From: Actinomycetota bacterium
Lineage (GTDB): Bacteria > Actinomycetota > Actinomycetes > S36-B12
DNA: 64,000 bases
Assembly: GCA_046046455.1 (NCBI GenBank)
Contig: JBJOJS010000095.1
Coordinates: forward strand, 1,995 to 65,994
Reading direction: 5' to 3'
Under the pieces are notes generated by a model that had not been told where the DNA came from, ran no database searches, and worked only from the letters and a program-made list of their open reading frames with translations. This document shows, piece by piece, positions 25,736 through 36,303 of the stretch. Within the stretch, counting starts at the first letter, position 1, and the number at the start of each line of letters is the position of its first letter. A program made the translations under genes and the position numbers.

Positions 25736-26610
25736 CCGGCCTTCACCGCCGTCCGCACATATCCCCTGCTCATCCGAGCCTCGAGCTTGCGCTGGAATAA
25801 GGAGAAGATCGCTGTGAGGCCCCAGTAGACGAGGGCAGCGACGATGAGAGCTTCGAGATTGCGGAAGTCAGCCTTGCCCGTGAGCTGAGCCACCCGGAAG
25901 GGGTCGGCCCAGAGGATCGTGGTCCCGAGGAGTCCGATGAGCGCGGTGTCCTTGATCATGGCGATGAACTCGTTGCCCGTCGGCGGGATGACGATGCGCA
26001 TCGCCTGGGGAAGGATGACGCGTCGCATGCGCTGCCCGTAGGACATGCCGAGTGCGTCCGCGGCCTCAGTCTGGCCGTGGGGCACGGCCTCGATGCCCGA
26101 GCGGAAGATCTCCGTCATGTAGGCGCCGTAGTTGAAGGCGATCCCGACAACGCCAGCAACCTGGGCCGGCCAGATGAACCACGACGCATACGGCTCGGGC
26201 AGCAGGCCGATGGCCAACTGCGGCAGAGCGAGGTACCAGAGGAAGAGCTGGACGATGAGGGGAGTGCCGCGGAAGAACGACGTGTAGAAGCCACTGATTC
26301 CGTAGGCGATGGGGTTCTTCGAGATGCGACCCAGCGCGCCGAGGAGAGCCAGGATCGTCGCCGCGACGATCGCGATAACCGAGAAGAGGATCGTGACCCA
26401 GACGCCCTTCACGATCGCCGGCGCCTTGTCGATCATCCAGGCGACGTCGAAGCCGCTGCGGAAGAACGCGAAGGCCAGCAGGGCGAAGATGACCGCCCAG
26501 ACAACAGCGACCTTGAGCCGGAAGGGAACGGCGAGGCTCGCTCGCTCGATTGACTCCGCGAGGCCGTGCCGCTGATGCGGCACGGCCTCGCGGGTCGTTG
26601 AATCAGGCAT
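25732..26610 (-). CDS. Amino-acid ABC transporter permease
   Basis: 292 aa. HEQRo-type core [19 protein letters not shown]. 4-nt overlap with the ATPase gene. Confidence 0.85.
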   Translation of the reverse strand: MPDSTTREAVPHQRHGLAESIERASLAVPFRLKVAVVWAVIFALLAFAFFRSGFDVAWMIDKAPAIVKGVWVTILFSVIAIVAATILALLGALGRISKNPIAYGISGFYTSFFRGTPLIVQLFLWYLALPQLAIGLLPEPYASWFIWPAQVAGVVGIAFNYGAYMTEIFRSGIEAVPHGQTEAADALGMSYGQRMRRVILPQAMRIVIPPTGNEFIAMIKDTALIGLLGTTILWADPFRVAQLTGKADFRNLEALIVAALVYWGLTAIFSLFQRKLEARMSRGYVRTAVKAG

Positions 26611-26616
26611 CGACGA

Positions 26617-27576
26617 TCAGGCGCCCGGGCCCTTGGTGATGTCCACGCCGTACCACTTCATCGAGAGCTCGCTGAGCGTCCCGTCGGCGTGCATCTCGGC
26701 GATGATCCGGTCGAGCTCCGCGACGAGGCTCTCCACCGGGAGCGACGAGCTCTTGTCCGCCGCAACAGCGAGAGGCTCGAGGAAGACAGGGTCGCCGACG
26801 AGTCGGATCTCCTTGCCCTTCTTGATGGCCTCCTCGAGCAGCGGCACCGCGGACACCATCGCGTCCACGCGGCCGAGCTTGAGGTCCTGGAGGGCGGTGG
26901 TGTCGGTGTCGTACGTGACGATCTCGACATCCTCGGGCACGACAAACTCGAAGTTGAAGCCCGGGATGCTCAGCGTGCGGTTGAGGTAGTACTCGTAGGT
27001 GCACGCACCGCAGACACCGACCCGCTTGCCTGCGAGCTGGTCGATGGACTGGATGTCGCTATCAGCGTTGACGGCCACACCCGCCGGCGTGAAGTAGTAG
27101 GGCTCGGTGAAGTCGAGCACCTGCGCGCGCTCCTCGGTGATCGACATGGATCCGACCGAGATATCCCAGCGGTCATTCCAGTTGCCTGCCGTGATGACAT
27201 CCCACGAGGGGGTCTCCCACTGGGTGACGACGCCCATGCGCGTAGCGATCTCATTGGCCACGTCGATGTCGAAGCCCTGCCACTCACCGGTCGCCTCGTC
27301 GTACGAGGACTGCGGCGGGTACGCCGGATCGGTCGACACGCGCAGCACCCCGGTCTCGAGGATCTGAGCGAGCAGGCCGTCAGCCGCCGGGGCCGCGCTG
27401 GACTCCGCAGGGGCCGCGCTGGACTCCGCGGGAGCCGCGGTGGACTCCGCGGGCGCCGCCGAGCTGCTGGTGGTGGAACTGCTTCCCCCGCCGCAGGCGA
27501 CGAGAAGGACCGAACTAGCCGCGAGGGCACCGAGGGCGATCAGGCCCCTCGGGGTGCGGCGGGTGGTGGTGCGCAT
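26617..27576 (-). CDS. Amino-acid ABC transporter substrate-binding lipoprotein
   Basis: 319 aa after trimming to the ATG at 27576 (GAGGAG SD). Lipobox LLVAC. SBP_bac_3-like. Confidence 0.8.
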   Translation of the reverse strand: MRTTTRRTPRGLIALGALAASSVLLVACGGGSSSTTSSSAAPAESTAAPAESSAAPAESSAAPAADGLLAQILETGVLRVSTDPAYPPQSSYDEATGEWQGFDIDVANEIATRMGVVTQWETPSWDVITAGNWNDRWDISVGSMSITEERAQVLDFTEPYYFTPAGVAVNADSDIQSIDQLAGKRVGVCGACTYEYYLNRTLSIPGFNFEFVVPEDVEIVTYDTDTTALQDLKLGRVDAMVSAVPLLEEAIKKGKEIRLVGDPVFLEPLAVAADKSSSLPVESLVAELDRIIAEMHADGTLSELSMKWYGVDITKGPGA

Positions 27577-27596
27577 GGGACTCCTCACGTAGACGT

Positions 27597-29165
27597 GTGG
27601 GGCCATTGTGGTCACGACCGGCGTCCCCTTGGGGCGGATTCGCCGGATCCGTCCCGCCCCGCGGGGAAGCCACCCCCCGGGCGCGGTTGGATGGGCCGGT
27701 GACCGACGTCCCCCCGGCTCCCTACGCCGATGCTCTCCACCGCAATGCAGCGGGAGCGTGGACGCGGCTCGGCGTCCCCGGACACCAGGACCAGCCCGAC
27801 CGTCACCGGGCACTGGCCTCCCTCGCGGGCGACGAGGTCCTGGCGATGGACATCCCGATGTTCACCGAGGGGGTGGACCTGCCCGAGCCCGGATCCTCCG
27901 AGCCGAGTCCGCTGCAGCAGGCGATGGCGCTCGCGGCGCGTGCCTGGGGTGCCCGGCGCACATGGTTCCTCACCAATGGCGCATCGCAGGGCAACCACGT
28001 GGCCTGCCTGGCGCTGCGAAGCCTGGGTGGCACCGCGGTCGTGCAGCGCTCAGTGCACACGTCCGTCATCGATGGTGCGATCCTCGCCGGGCTGCGACTG
28101 GAGTTCGTGCTCCCCACGATCGATCCGGCGCTCGGGATCGCCCACGGCGTCACGGCTGCGCATCTCGATGCGCAGCTCGCCGCGCATCCCGACGCTGTCG
28201 CGGCGTACGTCGTCACCCCCTCCTACTTCGGCGCCTGCGCGGACGTCGTCGCGCTCGCGAAGGTCGCGCACGACCGCGGCATCCCGCTGGTCGTGGACGA
28301 GGCCTGGGGCAGTCACTTCGGCTTCCACCCCGAGCTCCCCCGCTCGGCGCTCCAGAGCGGGGCCGATCTCGTCATCTCCAGCACCCACAAGCTCGGCGGC
28401 AGTCTCACGCAATCAGCGATGCTTCACCTCGCCGACGGGGCGTACGCCGATCTCCTCGAGCCGCTCATCGACCGGGCGATGACGACGGTGCAGACCACCA
28501 GCCCCTCCGCGCTCCTCTTCGCCTCACTCGACCTCGCACGGCGTGATCTCCAACTCAATGGCATCGAGGGAATCGGCGCGAGCATCGCCGATCTCGAGCG
28601 GGCTCGCACACTCCTCAACGAGCGTGGCCGCTTCGTCGATCCGGATCCCTCCATCCACGCCGCACCGGATGTCATCGCACTCGATCCGCTACGCATCGTC
28701 GTCGACACTCGCTCGGGTGGCACTCCGGGCTACGTCGCCCGCCGACTGCTCGAAGAGCACAGTCTCATCCATGTCGAGATGGCGACCGACTCGTGCATCG
28801 TCGGATTGGTCGGCGCCGGGAGCCGACTCGATGTCGATCACTTCGTCAACGCTCTCCACGACCTGCCGGTGATGGATCTCGGTGAGCATCCGCCCATCCA
28901 CCTGCCGCCCCTCAGCACGCGGGCCATGGACCTGCGCGAGGCGTACTTCAGCCCGACGGAGTTGGTGCCCGCCGCCGAGGCCGTGGGCCGCATCTCGGCC
29001 GACTCCCTCGCCGCCTACCCGCCCGGCGTGCCCAACATCCTGCCCGGGGAGATCCTCACCCAGCCGATCATCGACTTCCTGCGATCCACTGCCGCATCGC
29101 CGTACGGCTGGGTGCGCGGCAGTCTCGATCCGAAGCTGGATCGCATTCGCGTCATCGCGCAGTAG
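27597..29165 (+). CDS. Orn/Lys/Arg decarboxylase family PLP enzyme (start uncertain; GTG 27699 possible)
   Basis: 522-aa ORF. PLP-lysine motif SSTHKLGGSLTQSAMLH. Fold-I decarboxylase layout like B. subtilis SpeA. Confidence 0.8.
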   Translation: MGPLWSRPASPWGGFAGSVPPRGEATPRARLDGPVTDVPPAPYADALHRNAAGAWTRLGVPGHQDQPDRHRALASLAGDEVLAMDIPMFTEGVDLPEPGSSEPSPLQQAMALAARAWGARRTWFLTNGASQGNHVACLALRSLGGTAVVQRSVHTSVIDGAILAGLRLEFVLPTIDPALGIAHGVTAAHLDAQLAAHPDAVAAYVVTPSYFGACADVVALAKVAHDRGIPLVVDEAWGSHFGFHPELPRSALQSGADLVISSTHKLGGSLTQSAMLHLADGAYADLLEPLIDRAMTTVQTTSPSALLFASLDLARRDLQLNGIEGIGASIADLERARTLLNERGRFVDPDPSIHAAPDVIALDPLRIVVDTRSGGTPGYVARRLLEEHSLIHVEMATDSCIVGLVGAGSRLDVDHFVNALHDLPVMDLGEHPPIHLPPLSTRAMDLREAYFSPTELVPAAEAVGRISADSLAAYPPGVPNILPGEILTQPIIDFLRSTAASPYGWVRGSLDPKLDRIRVIAQ

Positions 29166-29781
29166 CCACGACGGCCTTCACTAGGTCGAGGTACGTCGAC
29201 ATCCCCCATTCGAATGCGACATCGTCGACCGCCTCCCGATCAGCGGCATCCAATGCCTGCGCGAGAGCGGGATGGCCGGGCGCATAGTCGTCGGAGGTGC
29301 CGGTGAAGGCAGCCTCGAAGGGTTCCACGGCGGAGCCGAGGACAAGATTGTCGAACAGCGCCATGAGCGGCATGACCTTCTCCTGGGGTACGCCGTACCG
29401 CGTGAGGAAGGACGCGATCGCTTCGTATACGCGCAGGGCATGATCGCGATTAACGCTGCGCGAGACGATGATCGATGCGGCGACCCGGTGCGATCGATAG
29501 GCACGCCGGTAGCGACGTCCCAACTCAGCCAGGTCGCGGGGATCCACGGAGGCCTCCACCACCGACACGTCGATCGTGGAGTTGATGAGCGCGTGCACAA
29601 GGTCGTGGATCTCGTCCATCCCGCTCACGTGGGCGTAGAGGGACGGCGCCTGGATCCCCAGGCGCGCGGCGAGGCTACGCATCGTGAGGACGGTCTCGTC
29701 CGGCCCCTCGTCGAGGAGTGCGAGGGCTTCTTCGGCGATCCTCTCCGGAGTGACGGCAGGGCGCGCCGAGACAGCCGTCAC
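29152..29781 (-). CDS. TetR/AcrR-family regulator
   Basis: 209 aa with HTH TMRSLAARLGIQAPSLYAHV. Divergent from potA. Confidence 0.8.
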   Translation of the reverse strand: MTAVSARPAVTPERIAEEALALLDEGPDETVLTMRSLAARLGIQAPSLYAHVSGMDEIHDLVHALINSTIDVSVVEASVDPRDLAELGRRYRRAYRSHRVAASIIVSRSVNRDHALRVYEAIASFLTRYGVPQEKVMPLMALFDNLVLGSAVEPFEAAFTGTSDDYAPGHPALAQALDAADREAVDDVAFEWGMSTYLDLVKAVVATAR

Positions 29782-29829
29782 GGGGCACTCCCCTCGAAGA
29801 TCACGGTGTCATCACGACCTTCCGCTCGT

Positions 29830-29847
29830 GACCTAACGCCGTTAGTC
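29830..29847. promoter_or_regulatory. Candidate TetR operator palindrome
   Basis: GACCTAACG-C-CGTTAGTC in the TetR/potA divergent intergenic region. Confidence 0.35.
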
Positions 29848-29894
29848 TGCGCTCAGTCCAGGGCCGGGTCAACCCCGGTCATCGAGGAGGTGCG

Positions 29895-30971
29895 GTGTCC
29901 ACGGAGACGGTCCCGGCGCTCCGGGTGCGTGGGGTGTCGAAGACATTCCCGACACCCGAGGGCGGCGAGGTCAGAGCACTTGACGACGTCAGCCTGGATG
30001 TCGCGGACGGTTCGTTCATGGTGCTCCTCGGACCTTCGGGCTGCGGCAAGACCACGCTGCTGAGGTGCATCGCAGGCCTCGAGGCGCCTGACGCGGGCGA
30101 GATCCTGCTGCGCGACGAGCGCATCGACACAGTCCCGGTCTGGAAGCGCCGGGTCAATACTGTCTTCCAGTCCTACGCACTCTTCCCCCACATGACCGTC
30201 GCGCAGAACATCGCGTTCGGGTTGCAGATGGATCACCTTCCCAAGGACGAGATCGCTCGTAAGGTCGATCAGTCGCTGGAACTCGTGCGCCTCACCGGTC
30301 TCGGGGGTCGACGGCCCCATCAGCTGTCCGGGGGGCAGCAGCAGCGCGTCGCCCTCGCCCGGGCACTGGCCAAGGAGCCTGAGGTGCTGCTCCTCGACGA
30401 GCCTCTGTCCGCCCTGGACCTCAAACTGCGTCGCGGAATGCAGCTGGAGTTGAAGCGGCTCCAGCAGCAGACGCACATCACCTTCATCCTCGTGACGCAC
30501 GACCAGGACGAGGCCATGTCGATGGGCGACCAGGTCGCGGTCTTCAATGAGGGGCGCATCGTGCAGGTGGGCGAGCCCCGTGAGGTCTACCTGCGACCGC
30601 GCACGCGCTTCGTAGCCGACTTCATCGGAGAGGCCAACATCCTCGACCTCGCGGTCGACGGCACCGGTACGTCGATCAGCGGATGGGGGACTGTCCCCGC
30701 GGAGGCCTGGGCCTCGGACTCTTCGGCCATCGCAGGCAGCGGCAGCGTCGCCGCGGTGAGACCCGAAGACGTGCTCTTGTCCGCAGACGAGGGCGGCCGC
30801 TTCTCAATCGTCGATGCGACCTTCATCGGAGGCGACCTCCACGCCGTCGTGCAGGTCGGCGACACCACACTGTCGGCCCGACAGCCCGCAGCTCACGCGA
30901 GCGGCCTGACGACCGGCGGCCGATGCGAGGTCGCCTTCCGCCCCGGCAGCCTGAGGATCGTGGAGGCCTGA
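29895..30971 (+). CDS. potA: Spermidine/putrescine ABC transporter ATP-binding protein
   Basis: 358 aa. [24 protein letters not shown], and a C-terminal TOBE-like domain. Confidence 0.9.
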   Translation: MSTETVPALRVRGVSKTFPTPEGGEVRALDDVSLDVADGSFMVLLGPSGCGKTTLLRCIAGLEAPDAGEILLRDERIDTVPVWKRRVNTVFQSYALFPHMTVAQNIAFGLQMDHLPKDEIARKVDQSLELVRLTGLGGRRPHQLSGGQQQRVALARALAKEPEVLLLDEPLSALDLKLRRGMQLELKRLQQQTHITFILVTHDQDEAMSMGDQVAVFNEGRIVQVGEPREVYLRPRTRFVADFIGEANILDLAVDGTGTSISGWGTVPAEAWASDSSAIAGSGSVAAVRPEDVLLSADEGGRFSIVDATFIGGDLHAVVQVGDTTLSARQPAAHASGLTTGGRCEVAFRPGSLRIVEA

Positions 30972-31900
30972 TGGCGAAGGGCAGCACGCGGGCACGCGCG
31001 GGTCAGGGTTCATGGTGGGCAGGACTCCCGGGACTCGCCTACCTCGTCGCCCTCGTCCTCGCTCCGCTCGTCATCATCGTGATCTTCTCCTTCCTCAGCC
31101 GAGCCAAACTCGGCGTAGGAGTGAAATGGGAATTCACTGTCCAGCCCTACATCGAGCTCTTCTACTCCGAATCCCTCTCGGGTGAGCGGAGTTTCGACCC
31201 CACCTACCTGCAGATCTTCTTCAACTCGGTCCTCTACTCGCTCGTGACCGCAATCGTGTGCCTCGTGCTGTCGATTCCGATCGCACTGTGGATCGCCACC
31301 CGGCCGCCGAAGTGGCGGACTCTGCTCGTCTTCCTCGTCACGATCCCGTTCTGGACGAGCCTGCTCATCCGCACGTACGCCTTCGTCATCATCCTCAACG
31401 ACAACGGACCGATCAACGGCGCGCTGACGGGGCTGGGCATCCTCAGCGAGCCTCTGCCCATGCTCTATACGCCCTTCGCCACGATCGTGGGGCTCGTCTA
31501 TTCCTTCCTGCCCTTCATGATCCTGCCGATCTACGCCAGCGCTGAGCGGTTCGACTTCAGGCTCGCGGAGGCCGCCTACGACCTCGGCGCCACCAAGGGC
31601 AGGGTCCTGCGCCGCATCGTGCTGCCGGCTGTGCGACCCGGGATCATCGCGGGTCTCATCCTCGTCTTCATCCCCGCCCTCGGGTCCTTCCTCGCACCCG
31701 AACTCCTCGGCGGCGGCAAGACGTCGATGATCGCCAATGTCATCGCCGCGCAGTTCGGGGCATCCCGCAACTGGCCGTTCGGAGCCGCCCTTTCCGTCAT
31801 GGTGCTCGTCATCGTCATGCTCGCCCTGGTCATCTTCGCCGTGATCGCGCGCCGGGCGAGCCGACGCGGCTCGCAGCAGAGCCTGGAGTCGCTGCTATGA
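30971..31900 (+). CDS. potB: Spermidine/putrescine ABC transporter permease
   Basis: 309 aa from the ATG at 30971, which overlaps the potA stop. EAAYDLGATKGRVLRRIVLP motif. Confidence 0.85.
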   Translation: MAKGSTRARAGQGSWWAGLPGLAYLVALVLAPLVIIVIFSFLSRAKLGVGVKWEFTVQPYIELFYSESLSGERSFDPTYLQIFFNSVLYSLVTAIVCLVLSIPIALWIATRPPKWRTLLVFLVTIPFWTSLLIRTYAFVIILNDNGPINGALTGLGILSEPLPMLYTPFATIVGLVYSFLPFMILPIYASAERFDFRLAEAAYDLGATKGRVLRRIVLPAVRPGIIAGLILVFIPALGSFLAPELLGGGKTSMIANVIAAQFGASRNWPFGAALSVMVLVIVMLALVIFAVIARRASRRGSQQSLESLL

Positions 31901-32697
31901 GGTCTCCCCGCGGCACCGGCACGTCGCTCAAGAACTTCCCCTTCTTCGGCCCCATGGCCGCGATCGTCTTCGGATTCCTCTACATCCCGCTGGTCTTCGT
32001 CGTCGGGTACTCCTTCAACAGCAATCGCGTCGTGACGGTCTGGAAGGGCTTCAGCCTCGAGTGGTACGCCGAGGTGCTGGGCAATGACGACATCCAGCGT
32101 GCGGTCATCAACTCCTTGCGCGTGGCCAGCATCTCGACAGTGCTCTCGGTCATCTTCGCCACGGGCCTCGCCATCGGACTGCTGCGCATGGCGCGCGCGG
32201 GCAAGACGTTCGCCTGGTCCCTCATCATGGCGCCCCTGGTCATCCCCGAGATCGTCTTCGCCATCGGCACCCTGGCGCTCTTCGTCCAGATCCGCTTCCC
32301 CCTGGGGGTCGACGCGATCACCCTGGCACACACGGCGTTCTGCATCCCCTTCGCGCTGCTCCCGATCCGCGCACGTCTGCGGTCGGTGGACCTCGCCGTC
32401 TATGAAGCAGCAGCCGACCTGGGTGCCAACGAGTGGGTGATCTTCCGTCGCATCACACTGCCGCTCCTTGCGCCGGGAATCATCGCCGGAGCGCTGCTGG
32501 CCTTCATCATCAGCCTGGACGACTTCATCGTGTCGTACTTCCTCGCCGGAGCTGGCGGCACCACACTGCCCGTCTACATCTTCGGCATGATCCGCAACGC
32601 CATTACGCCGGGTGTCAATGCACTCTCCACGCTCCTGCTGCTCGCGAGCGTCCTTATCGTCTCTGTTTCCTACATCATCGCAAGAAGGAAGAGGTAA
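31897..32697 (+). CDS. potC: Spermidine/putrescine ABC transporter permease
   Basis: 266 aa. EAAADLGANEWVIFRRITLP. ATGA overlap with potB. Confidence 0.85.
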   Translation: MRSPRGTGTSLKNFPFFGPMAAIVFGFLYIPLVFVVGYSFNSNRVVTVWKGFSLEWYAEVLGNDDIQRAVINSLRVASISTVLSVIFATGLAIGLLRMARAGKTFAWSLIMAPLVIPEIVFAIGTLALFVQIRFPLGVDAITLAHTAFCIPFALLPIRARLRSVDLAVYEAAADLGANEWVIFRRITLPLLAPGIIAGALLAFIISLDDFIVSYFLAGAGGTTLPVYIFGMIRNAITPGVNALSTLLLLASVLIVSVSYIIARRKR

Positions 32698-32699
32698 CT

Positions 32700-33866
32700 A
32701 TGAAGAGGTGGAAGAACCGCCGACCGTCCGGCATCCTGCTGGCGCTCGGCCTGACAGGGATCATGGCCCTGTCCGCATGCGGCGGTGAGACCACCGTCGG
32801 CGGCGGAGGTGAGGCCAGCAGCGCGCCGGCGTCATCGGCCGCCGCATCGGATGCAGCGAGTCCCGAGGCTCCCGCAGGGGACTTCCCGACGCCCAATGGC
32901 GGGGAGGTCAACCTCTACAACTGGACCGACTACATCTCGCCCGAATTGCTGGACCGCTTCGAGTCGGAGACCGGCATCACCGTCAATCTCGACAACTACG
33001 ACTCCAACGAGACGATGCTGAGCAAGCTGCAGGCTGGTGGCGCCAACTACGACGTCATCGTCCCCAGCGACTACATGGTCGCCCAGATGATCGAGCTGGG
33101 GCTCCTCCAGGAGGTCGACCCCGCGTCCTTCCCCAATGGCCAGTACATCAAGCCGGAGTTCATGGACGTCTACTTCGATCCGGGCCGCAAGTACTCGGCT
33201 CCCTACATGTACGGCACGACGGGCATCGCCTACGACCCGACCAAGACCGGAGTCGAGATCACGTCCTGGGCGGACTTCTTCAATGCGGACAGCCCCGCCG
33301 CAGGCAAGATCGGCACGCTCAACGACCAGGTTGAGGTCATCCACGCTGCTCTGCGCGCGGTGGGGTCGCAGCCGTGCTCGACGAACCGCGACGACTACAT
33401 CAAGGTGGAGGAGCTCCTGGCCGGCTGGAAGCCCGGACTCGCGGTCATCAATTCCGACGGCGTCATCGGTCGCATGGCTTCAGGCGAGCAGATCATGCAC
33501 ATGATGTGGAACGGCGCCTTCACCCGGGCACAGGCAGACAACCCGAATCTGCAGTACGTCTACCCCGCTGAGGGCATCACGCTCTGGTCGGACAACTTTG
33601 CGGTCCCCGTGGGCGCGCAGAACGTCGACAACGCCAAGATCTTCATCAACTGGATGATGGATCCGGCCAACATCGGCGAGGCGACCAACTTCGTCGGCTA
33701 CGACAATGGCATCACCGGCTCCTCGGAGTTCATGACCGCCGAGCTCGGCGCCAATCCGGCCGTCGTCATTCCGGAGGAGTTCAAGGCGCTGGCCGCGCCC
33801 GTGCCTGGTTGCCCCGTGGAGGCCATCGACCTCTACGACCAGGTCTGGACCAACTTCAAGAAGTAG
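32700..33866 (+). CDS. potD: Polyamine ABC transporter substrate-binding lipoprotein
   Basis: 388 aa from the ATG at 32700. Lipobox ALSAC. PotD/PotF-like NLYNWTDYI motif. Confidence 0.85.
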   Translation: MKRWKNRRPSGILLALGLTGIMALSACGGETTVGGGGEASSAPASSAAASDAASPEAPAGDFPTPNGGEVNLYNWTDYISPELLDRFESETGITVNLDNYDSNETMLSKLQAGGANYDVIVPSDYMVAQMIELGLLQEVDPASFPNGQYIKPEFMDVYFDPGRKYSAPYMYGTTGIAYDPTKTGVEITSWADFFNADSPAAGKIGTLNDQVEVIHAALRAVGSQPCSTNRDDYIKVEELLAGWKPGLAVINSDGVIGRMASGEQIMHMMWNGAFTRAQADNPNLQYVYPAEGITLWSDNFAVPVGAQNVDNAKIFINWMMDPANIGEATNFVGYDNGITGSSEFMTAELGANPAVVIPEEFKALAAPVPGCPVEAIDLYDQVWTNFKK

Positions 33867-33872
33867 TACGAC

Positions 33873-33907
33873 GTGGGGGGGCCCGGACCTGACCCGGGCC
33901 CCCCCAC
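33873..33907 (+). terminator. Hairpin after potD (terminator or attenuator)
   Basis: 14-bp GC stem GTGGGGGGGCCCGG / CCGGGCCCCCCCAC with only a weak T-tract. Confidence 0.5.
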
Positions 33908-33956
33908 GTTCTGCACCCTGCCCCGATCAGCCCCTTTCCTCGCGGATGGAGCCACC

Positions 33957-35567
33957 GTGACGACCACTCGTATCGAGAACGCCACCGTCTGGACTGGGCA
34001 CCGCCTGCCCGATGGGAGCGTCTACACGACGGACGCCGTACTCATCGCAGACGACCGCGTCATCGCCCTCGGCGCATCCGCGCGACGCTTCACGGCCGAT
34101 CACGTCATCGACGCCGGGGGCGGCTTCATCGCCCCTGCCTTCGGTGACGGCCATGTGCACCCGATCTTCGGCGGCCTGGAGCGCGAGTTCGCGCCCGTCC
34201 GCGATCACGCGACACCGCAGGACATCGCCGCGGCGGTCGGCGCCTGGGCCAAGGCCCACCCTGAGGTCGAATGGGTGCGAGGCGAAGGCTTCGACCACAC
34301 CCTCGCTCCCGAGGGCATCTTCCTCGCTTCCTGGCTCGACGCTCACGTGCCGGACCGACCTGTCGTCCTGCGGGCCACGGACTACCACACCGTCTGGGTC
34401 AACTCCGAGGCGCTGAGGCGCGCGGGGTACGGCCCCGGGGTTGCCCAGCCTCACGATGGCGAGATCGTCCTGGATGACACGGGATCACCCACCGGCACTC
34501 TGCGGGAGTGGGGCGCGTGGCGGCCCGTCTACGACCTGCTCCCCCGCCCAGCGACCGCGATGATGCTCAGCGCCGTCGACTTCGCCACAACCAGTTTTGC
34601 CTCAGCTGGGATCACCTGGGCACAGGACGCGTGGGTCGAACCCGCAGACGTCGAGACATGGATCACCGCCCTCCAGCAGGATCGAGTCCACGCTGACATC
34701 GATCTTGCCCTCTGGGCAGATCCCAACTCATGGCGTGACCAGCTCCCGCACTTCGGGGCAGCTCGCGACCGAGTAGCGCGCGACGGCCAGAGTGTCATCA
34801 CAGCGCACACGGTCAAGTTCTTCGCGGACGGTGTCATCGAGTCGGGCACGAGCGCCATGCTCGAACCCTTCTGCGACTGCCCCCACTCCAAGGGCCTGCC
34901 CAACTGGGACGCTGCGGAGATGGCTGAGGCGGTGGCGGCGATCGATGCCATGGGATTCACCGCGCACATCCATGCGATTGGCGACTACGGAGTGCGCATG
35001 GCTCTCGATGCGATCGAGCACGCAGCGCGCGTCAACCCGCCCCGTGACCGCCGCTGGATCATCGTCCACACGCAGTTGGTCGACCCGGCAGACCTTCCCC
35101 GCTTCGCCGAGTTGGGCGTCATCGCGAACTTCGAGCCCTACTGGTCCAAGTACGACTCCTGGCAATCCGAGCTCACGGCTCCGCGTCTCGGTCCGGAGCG
35201 GACGGACCGCCAGTTCCAGACAGCGACCCTCGCCGCCCTGGGCGCGCGCATCTCCTTCGGCAGCGACTGGCCGGTGACGACCTACTCACCGCTGGAGGGA
35301 ATCCAGGTCGCCGTCACGCGCAAGATGGAGCCCGACGACGATCCGTGGATGCCCGAAGAGTGCATCAGCGTCGATGACGCGCTCCTCGCGTACACCCGCG
35401 GTGTTGCCTTCCAGTCCGGGCGCGATGATGCCGGCATCCTCCGCCCGGGTGCGCGTGCCGACCTCGTCTGGATCGATGCCGATCCCCGATCCGTCGACCC
35501 GATGACCATCGGTGCCATTCCTGTGCGGGGCACCTGGCGTCGAGGCGTGCGCACGTTCGGCACCTGA
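33957..35567 (+). CDS. Amidohydrolase-3 (YtcJ-like) metal-dependent hydrolase
   Basis: 536 aa from the GTG at 33957. GGFIAPAFGDGHVHP metal motif and FGSDWPV near the C-terminus. Confidence 0.8.
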   Translation: MTTTRIENATVWTGHRLPDGSVYTTDAVLIADDRVIALGASARRFTADHVIDAGGGFIAPAFGDGHVHPIFGGLEREFAPVRDHATPQDIAAAVGAWAKAHPEVEWVRGEGFDHTLAPEGIFLASWLDAHVPDRPVVLRATDYHTVWVNSEALRRAGYGPGVAQPHDGEIVLDDTGSPTGTLREWGAWRPVYDLLPRPATAMMLSAVDFATTSFASAGITWAQDAWVEPADVETWITALQQDRVHADIDLALWADPNSWRDQLPHFGAARDRVARDGQSVITAHTVKFFADGVIESGTSAMLEPFCDCPHSKGLPNWDAAEMAEAVAAIDAMGFTAHIHAIGDYGVRMALDAIEHAARVNPPRDRRWIIVHTQLVDPADLPRFAELGVIANFEPYWSKYDSWQSELTAPRLGPERTDRQFQTATLAALGARISFGSDWPVTTYSPLEGIQVAVTRKMEPDDDPWMPEECISVDDALLAYTRGVAFQSGRDDAGILRPGARADLVWIDADPRSVDPMTIGAIPVRGTWRRGVRTFGT

Positions 35568-35568
35568 C

Positions 35569-36303
35569 GTGGCGCTCACTCCGAGCGAGTCGGACCGCCT
35601 CCTGCTCTTCCTCCAGGGAGAGCTCGCACGCAGTCGCCGTGCACGCGGTCTGCGACTCAATGTGCCGGAGGCCACGGCGTACATCGCCGATGCCGTCTGC
35701 GAGATGGCACGCGACGGAGTCGACCTGCCCACGGTGCGCGAGCGGGCACGTCACCTGCTCCACCGCAGCGATGTCATGGACGAAGTGCCCGACCTGCTCT
35801 CCGACGTACGCGTCGAGGCGCGTTTCGATGACGGCACCCGCCTCGTCGTCGTCACGGACCTGTGGGAGACCGCGCACGAAGACGATCCCGGATCTCCCAC
35901 GCCCGAAAGCGATCAGGAGATCGTGGTCCGCAATGAGGCGACCACGGCCATCGCGATCAGCTCGCACATCCACCTCGCCGAAGTGAATCCGCGATTGCGC
36001 CTCGACCGCGAAGCCGCCTTCGGTCGTCGCCTCGCAGTCCCCGCGGGAGCTACGGTGTGGATCCCCGCGGGGGACTCGATCACCCTGCCGACGACTCGGC
36101 TGCGCGGCGATCGCATCGTCGTAGGCAACACCGGCCTCGTCGAGGGATCCGTCGATGACCCTGTGGTGCGCGAGCGCGCACTCGCCGCCCTACGCCGCTG
36201 CGGCTACCTGGACGTCGTCGACGGGGCCGAGGTCAACGACATCGCGCAGGCAGACAGCGCCGTCGCCCAGCTGGTGGCCGAGCGCCGGGATGTCTCCTCA
36301 TGA
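35569..36303 (+). CDS. ureAB: Urease gamma-beta fusion subunit
   Basis: 244 aa from the GTG at 35569, 1 nt after the amidohydrolase stop. The N-terminal half, ALTPSESDRLLLF..GLRLNVPEA, is the gamma subunit. The C-terminal half, IVVRNEATTAIAISSHIHLAEVNP, is the beta subunit. Confidence 0.8.
   Translation: MALTPSESDRLLLFLQGELARSRRARGLRLNVPEATAYIADAVCEMARDGVDLPTVRERARHLLHRSDVMDEVPDLLSDVRVEARFDDGTRLVVVTDLWETAHEDDPGSPTPESDQEIVVRNEATTAIAISSHIHLAEVNPRLRLDREAAFGRRLAVPAGATVWIPAGDSITLPTTRLRGDRIVVGNTGLVEGSVDDPVVRERALAALRRCGYLDVVDGAEVNDIAQADSAVAQLVAERRDVSS

Noticed and set aside
33873-33956. Upstream GTG start of the amidohydrolase ORF
   Set aside because: The GTG lies inside the 14-bp GC hairpin that follows potD. 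The GTG at 33957 has an SD-like GGATGGAG and gives a family-typical N-terminus.
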